Shown: piece by piece, positions 62,401 to 64,000 of the stretch
Position numbering within the stretch: the stretch's first letter is position 1
Layout of the letters: each line of letters starts with the position of its first letter
NCBI GenBank assembly: GCA_047967505.1
Contig: CM106538.1
Source of the DNA: Dipteris shenzhenensis
Taxonomy: Eukaryota
DNA: 64,000 nucleotides
Reading direction: 5' to 3' (one strand)
Position numbers and translations under genes: made by a program
The notes under the pieces: model-generated
Databases searched by the model: none
The model's input: the letters and a program-made list of their open reading frames with translations, nothing else
Told to the model about the DNA's origin: nothing

Positions 62401-64000
62401 GCACATGAGCCAGAATGGAATGAAACTCTTATGCCGTTTGGGTTATGTACCGCATTTGAGTTTCTCTGATTTTGAATTTTGTGAGCACTGTCTCTATGGG
62501 AAGCAGACTAAATCAGCCCATAAAAGAAGGGGAAAGAAAGAGTTTGAAATGCTTGATTTGGTGCATTCAGACGTATGTGGTCCCATGCCTACACGGTCAT
62601 TAGGCGGGGCCGAATACTATGTGACATTCATTGATGATGCAACTAGGAAAGTGTGGGCTTATGCTATAGCTCGGAAGAGTGATGTATTCCAGGTATTTCA
62701 AAAATGGCTGGCCTTGGTTGAGAATCAGTCAGGTAGAATGCTTAAATGCCTACGGACTGACAATGGTGGAGAGTATCTCTCTCATGACTTTCAGCATTTC
62801 TGTGATACACGTGGGATTAAGAGGGAGCTCACATCCCCTCGTACTCCAGAGCAAAATCCAGTTGCAGAAAAGATGAATCGTACCATTCAAGAAAGGTTGC
62901 AATGCATGCTTTCCAATGCAAGTCTTTCTGGTGGTTTTTGGGCTGAGGCAATGAAGACTGCAGTGCATGTGATCAATAGATCACCTAGTAAGAGTTTGGA
63001 TGGTGGTATTCCTGAAGAGGCATGGAGTGGCAAGAAGCCCTCTTACTCTCATTTGCGTATATTTGGGTGTGAGGCATATGCACATGTGCCAAAAGAGCTT
63101 CGAAAGAAGCTAGATCCTAAGTCTAGGAAATGCATCTTTCTGGGTTATGGTGAAAGTGGAGAGATGGGCTATCGTCTCTGGGATCCAGAAGCAAAGAAGA
63201 TCATACGCAGCCATGATGTGGTCTTCAATGAGAAGAAGATGCATAAGGCACCCATGAGGGATGTGGAAATGAGGAGAATCACTTTCCAGGATGTGAATCC
63301 ACCTGCATATGTTGATAGACAGCAAGCTGTCCATGCACCAAATGTGCAAGAAATGGTACCACCAAGTACTCCCACAAGTATACAATCAAGGGTAGATGAT
63401 GGATCATCTATTGGTGGAAATGATGAGCCAAATGTGGCTGATATGCAAGTGGGACAGCAAGCTGAAATGCCCTTGAGAAGATCATCTAGAGTGTCTAGAC
63501 CGCCTGATAGGTTTGTTCCAGGGGTAGACTATGTGATGCTTACTGATTGCGGGGAGCCTTCTTGCTACAAAGAGGCTATGATGCGTGAGGATCAACGCAA
63601 GTGGGAGTATGCTATGCAATCAGAGATGAGTTCACTTATGAAGAATAAGACTTGGGACTTGGTTTCTTTGCCACATGGAAAGAAAGCATTGCCATGTAAA
63701 TGGGTCTACAAAATGAAGGTCACAGGTGATGATGTGCCTAGATACAAGGCCCGTTTGGTTGCTAAAGGGTTCAAGCAAGAGAAGGGTGTGGACTTTGATG
63801 AGATATTCTCTCCGGTTGTGAAGATGACCACACTTAGATGCATGCTTGGACTAGTGGCAGTAGAGGATATGGAGCTTATGCAAATGGATGTCAAGACAGC
63901 TTTCTTGCATGGGGATTTGCATGAGGAAATTTACATGGTGCAGCCGGAAGGCTTTGAAGAAAAGGGCAAAGAGCATTTAGTTTGCAAGCTGAAGAAGAGT
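59440..64000 (+). mobile_element. Young Tnt1-like Ty1/Copia (copy B) running off the window end
   Basis: TG..CA LTR 59440-59609; PBS TGGTATCAGAGC 59612-59623; ~1.4 kb leader; then gag-pol. Confidence 0.95.
61040..64000 (+). CDS. Copia gag-pol polyprotein, apparently open to the window end (987 codons; absent from the ORF track, consistent with no stop being reached)
   Basis: MASSSMPEKEFFSIKKFDGTNFSLWK...CYHCGKKGHMKKDC...WILDSGASFH...integrase...RT, ending VCKLKKS in the same frame as the ATG at 61040. Confidence 0.88.
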   Translation, partial: MASSSMPEKEFFSIKKFDGTNFSLWKEQIRDVLIQKKQIKPLAGIEAKPANMSEDDWNELDALAKSTIRLHLAESVYFTVVNEQTTEDLWKKLCATYEKETASNKVYLMKRLFELQMKEGVSIASHLNEFNIIFSQLQAQKMNFDAETKAIFLLCSLPSSWDTFRTAVSNSAPGGVLKFDDVVGSLLAEEIRRKSMDGSKQDAALNVQRGRSQFRGKSQERGKSRSKSRARNIECYHCGKKGHMKKDCYKLKREQKDKKKNANWGANQKEESPREDKGKVKIEEINAVTRDSDNDVLFMSSLSAELLTTSDDAYSQDWILDSGASFHVTPHREWFSTYDSGKTGCVHLGNDYACDIVGAGDIKFSFANGSAFVLKHVRHVPKLTKSLISVGQLDDAGFHTTFGFQSWKIQKGSMLLARGAKCGTLYPLHVSGVFDHVVAITEQPSTSLWHCRLGHMSQNGMKLLCRLGYVPHLSFSDFEFCEHCLYGKQTKSAHKRRGKKEFEMLDLVHSDVCGPMPTRSLGGAEYYVTFIDDATRKVWAYAIARKSDVFQVFQKWLALVENQSGRMLKCLRTDNGGEYLSHDFQHFCDTRGIKRELTSPRTPEQNPVAEKMNRTIQERLQCMLSNASLSGGFWAEAMKTAVHVINRSPSKSLDGGIPEEAWSGKKPSYSHLRIFGCEAYAHVPKELRKKLDPKSRKCIFLGYGESGEMGYRLWDPEAKKIIRSHDVVFNEKKMHKAPMRDVEMRRITFQDVNPPAYVDRQQAVHAPNVQEMVPPSTPTSIQSRVDDGSSIGGNDEPNVADMQVGQQAEMPLRRSSRVSRPPDRFVPGVDYVMLTDCGEPSCYKEAMMREDQRKWEYAMQSEMSSLMKNKTWDLVSLPHGKKALPCKWVYKMKVTGDDVPRYKARLVAKGFKQEKGVDFDEIFSPVVKMTTLRCMLGLVAVEDMELMQMDVKTAFLHGDLHEEIYMVQPEGFEEKGKEHLVCKLKKS

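Overview
Eukaryotic, land-plant-like nuclear DNA dominated by nested transposable elements. The only clear host gene is an intronless ZRF1/DNAJC2 (zuotin-like J-domain plus two SANT domains) at 41257-43320 (-). Ty1/Copia elements range from heavily decayed to young, including one whose ORF stays open from 61040 to the window end and is missing from the supplied ORF track. Also present: three short non-autonomous LTR elements with 5-bp target-site duplications (TSDs), a Ty3/Gypsy remnant, an L1-type LINE remnant and a non-autonomous Mutator-like insertion with a 9-bp TSD. The most notable object is a decayed Penelope-like retroelement (about 21050-28399, -) with the permuted N-terminal GIY-YIG / CxC linker / C-terminal RT layout of the Chlamys/Naiad clade and flanking pseudo-LTRs. 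Its GIY-YIG motif only appears after an LTR element inserted between the GIY and YIG halves is removed. Other structure includes a perfect 169-bp-arm foldback (16433-16803), nested long inverted repeats across 1.8-19.2 kb, a same-family Copia inserted head-to-head into a relative, and a triplicated polypurine tract. Everything was read by eye; family names come from motif recognition, not database searches, and the host species cannot be determined here.
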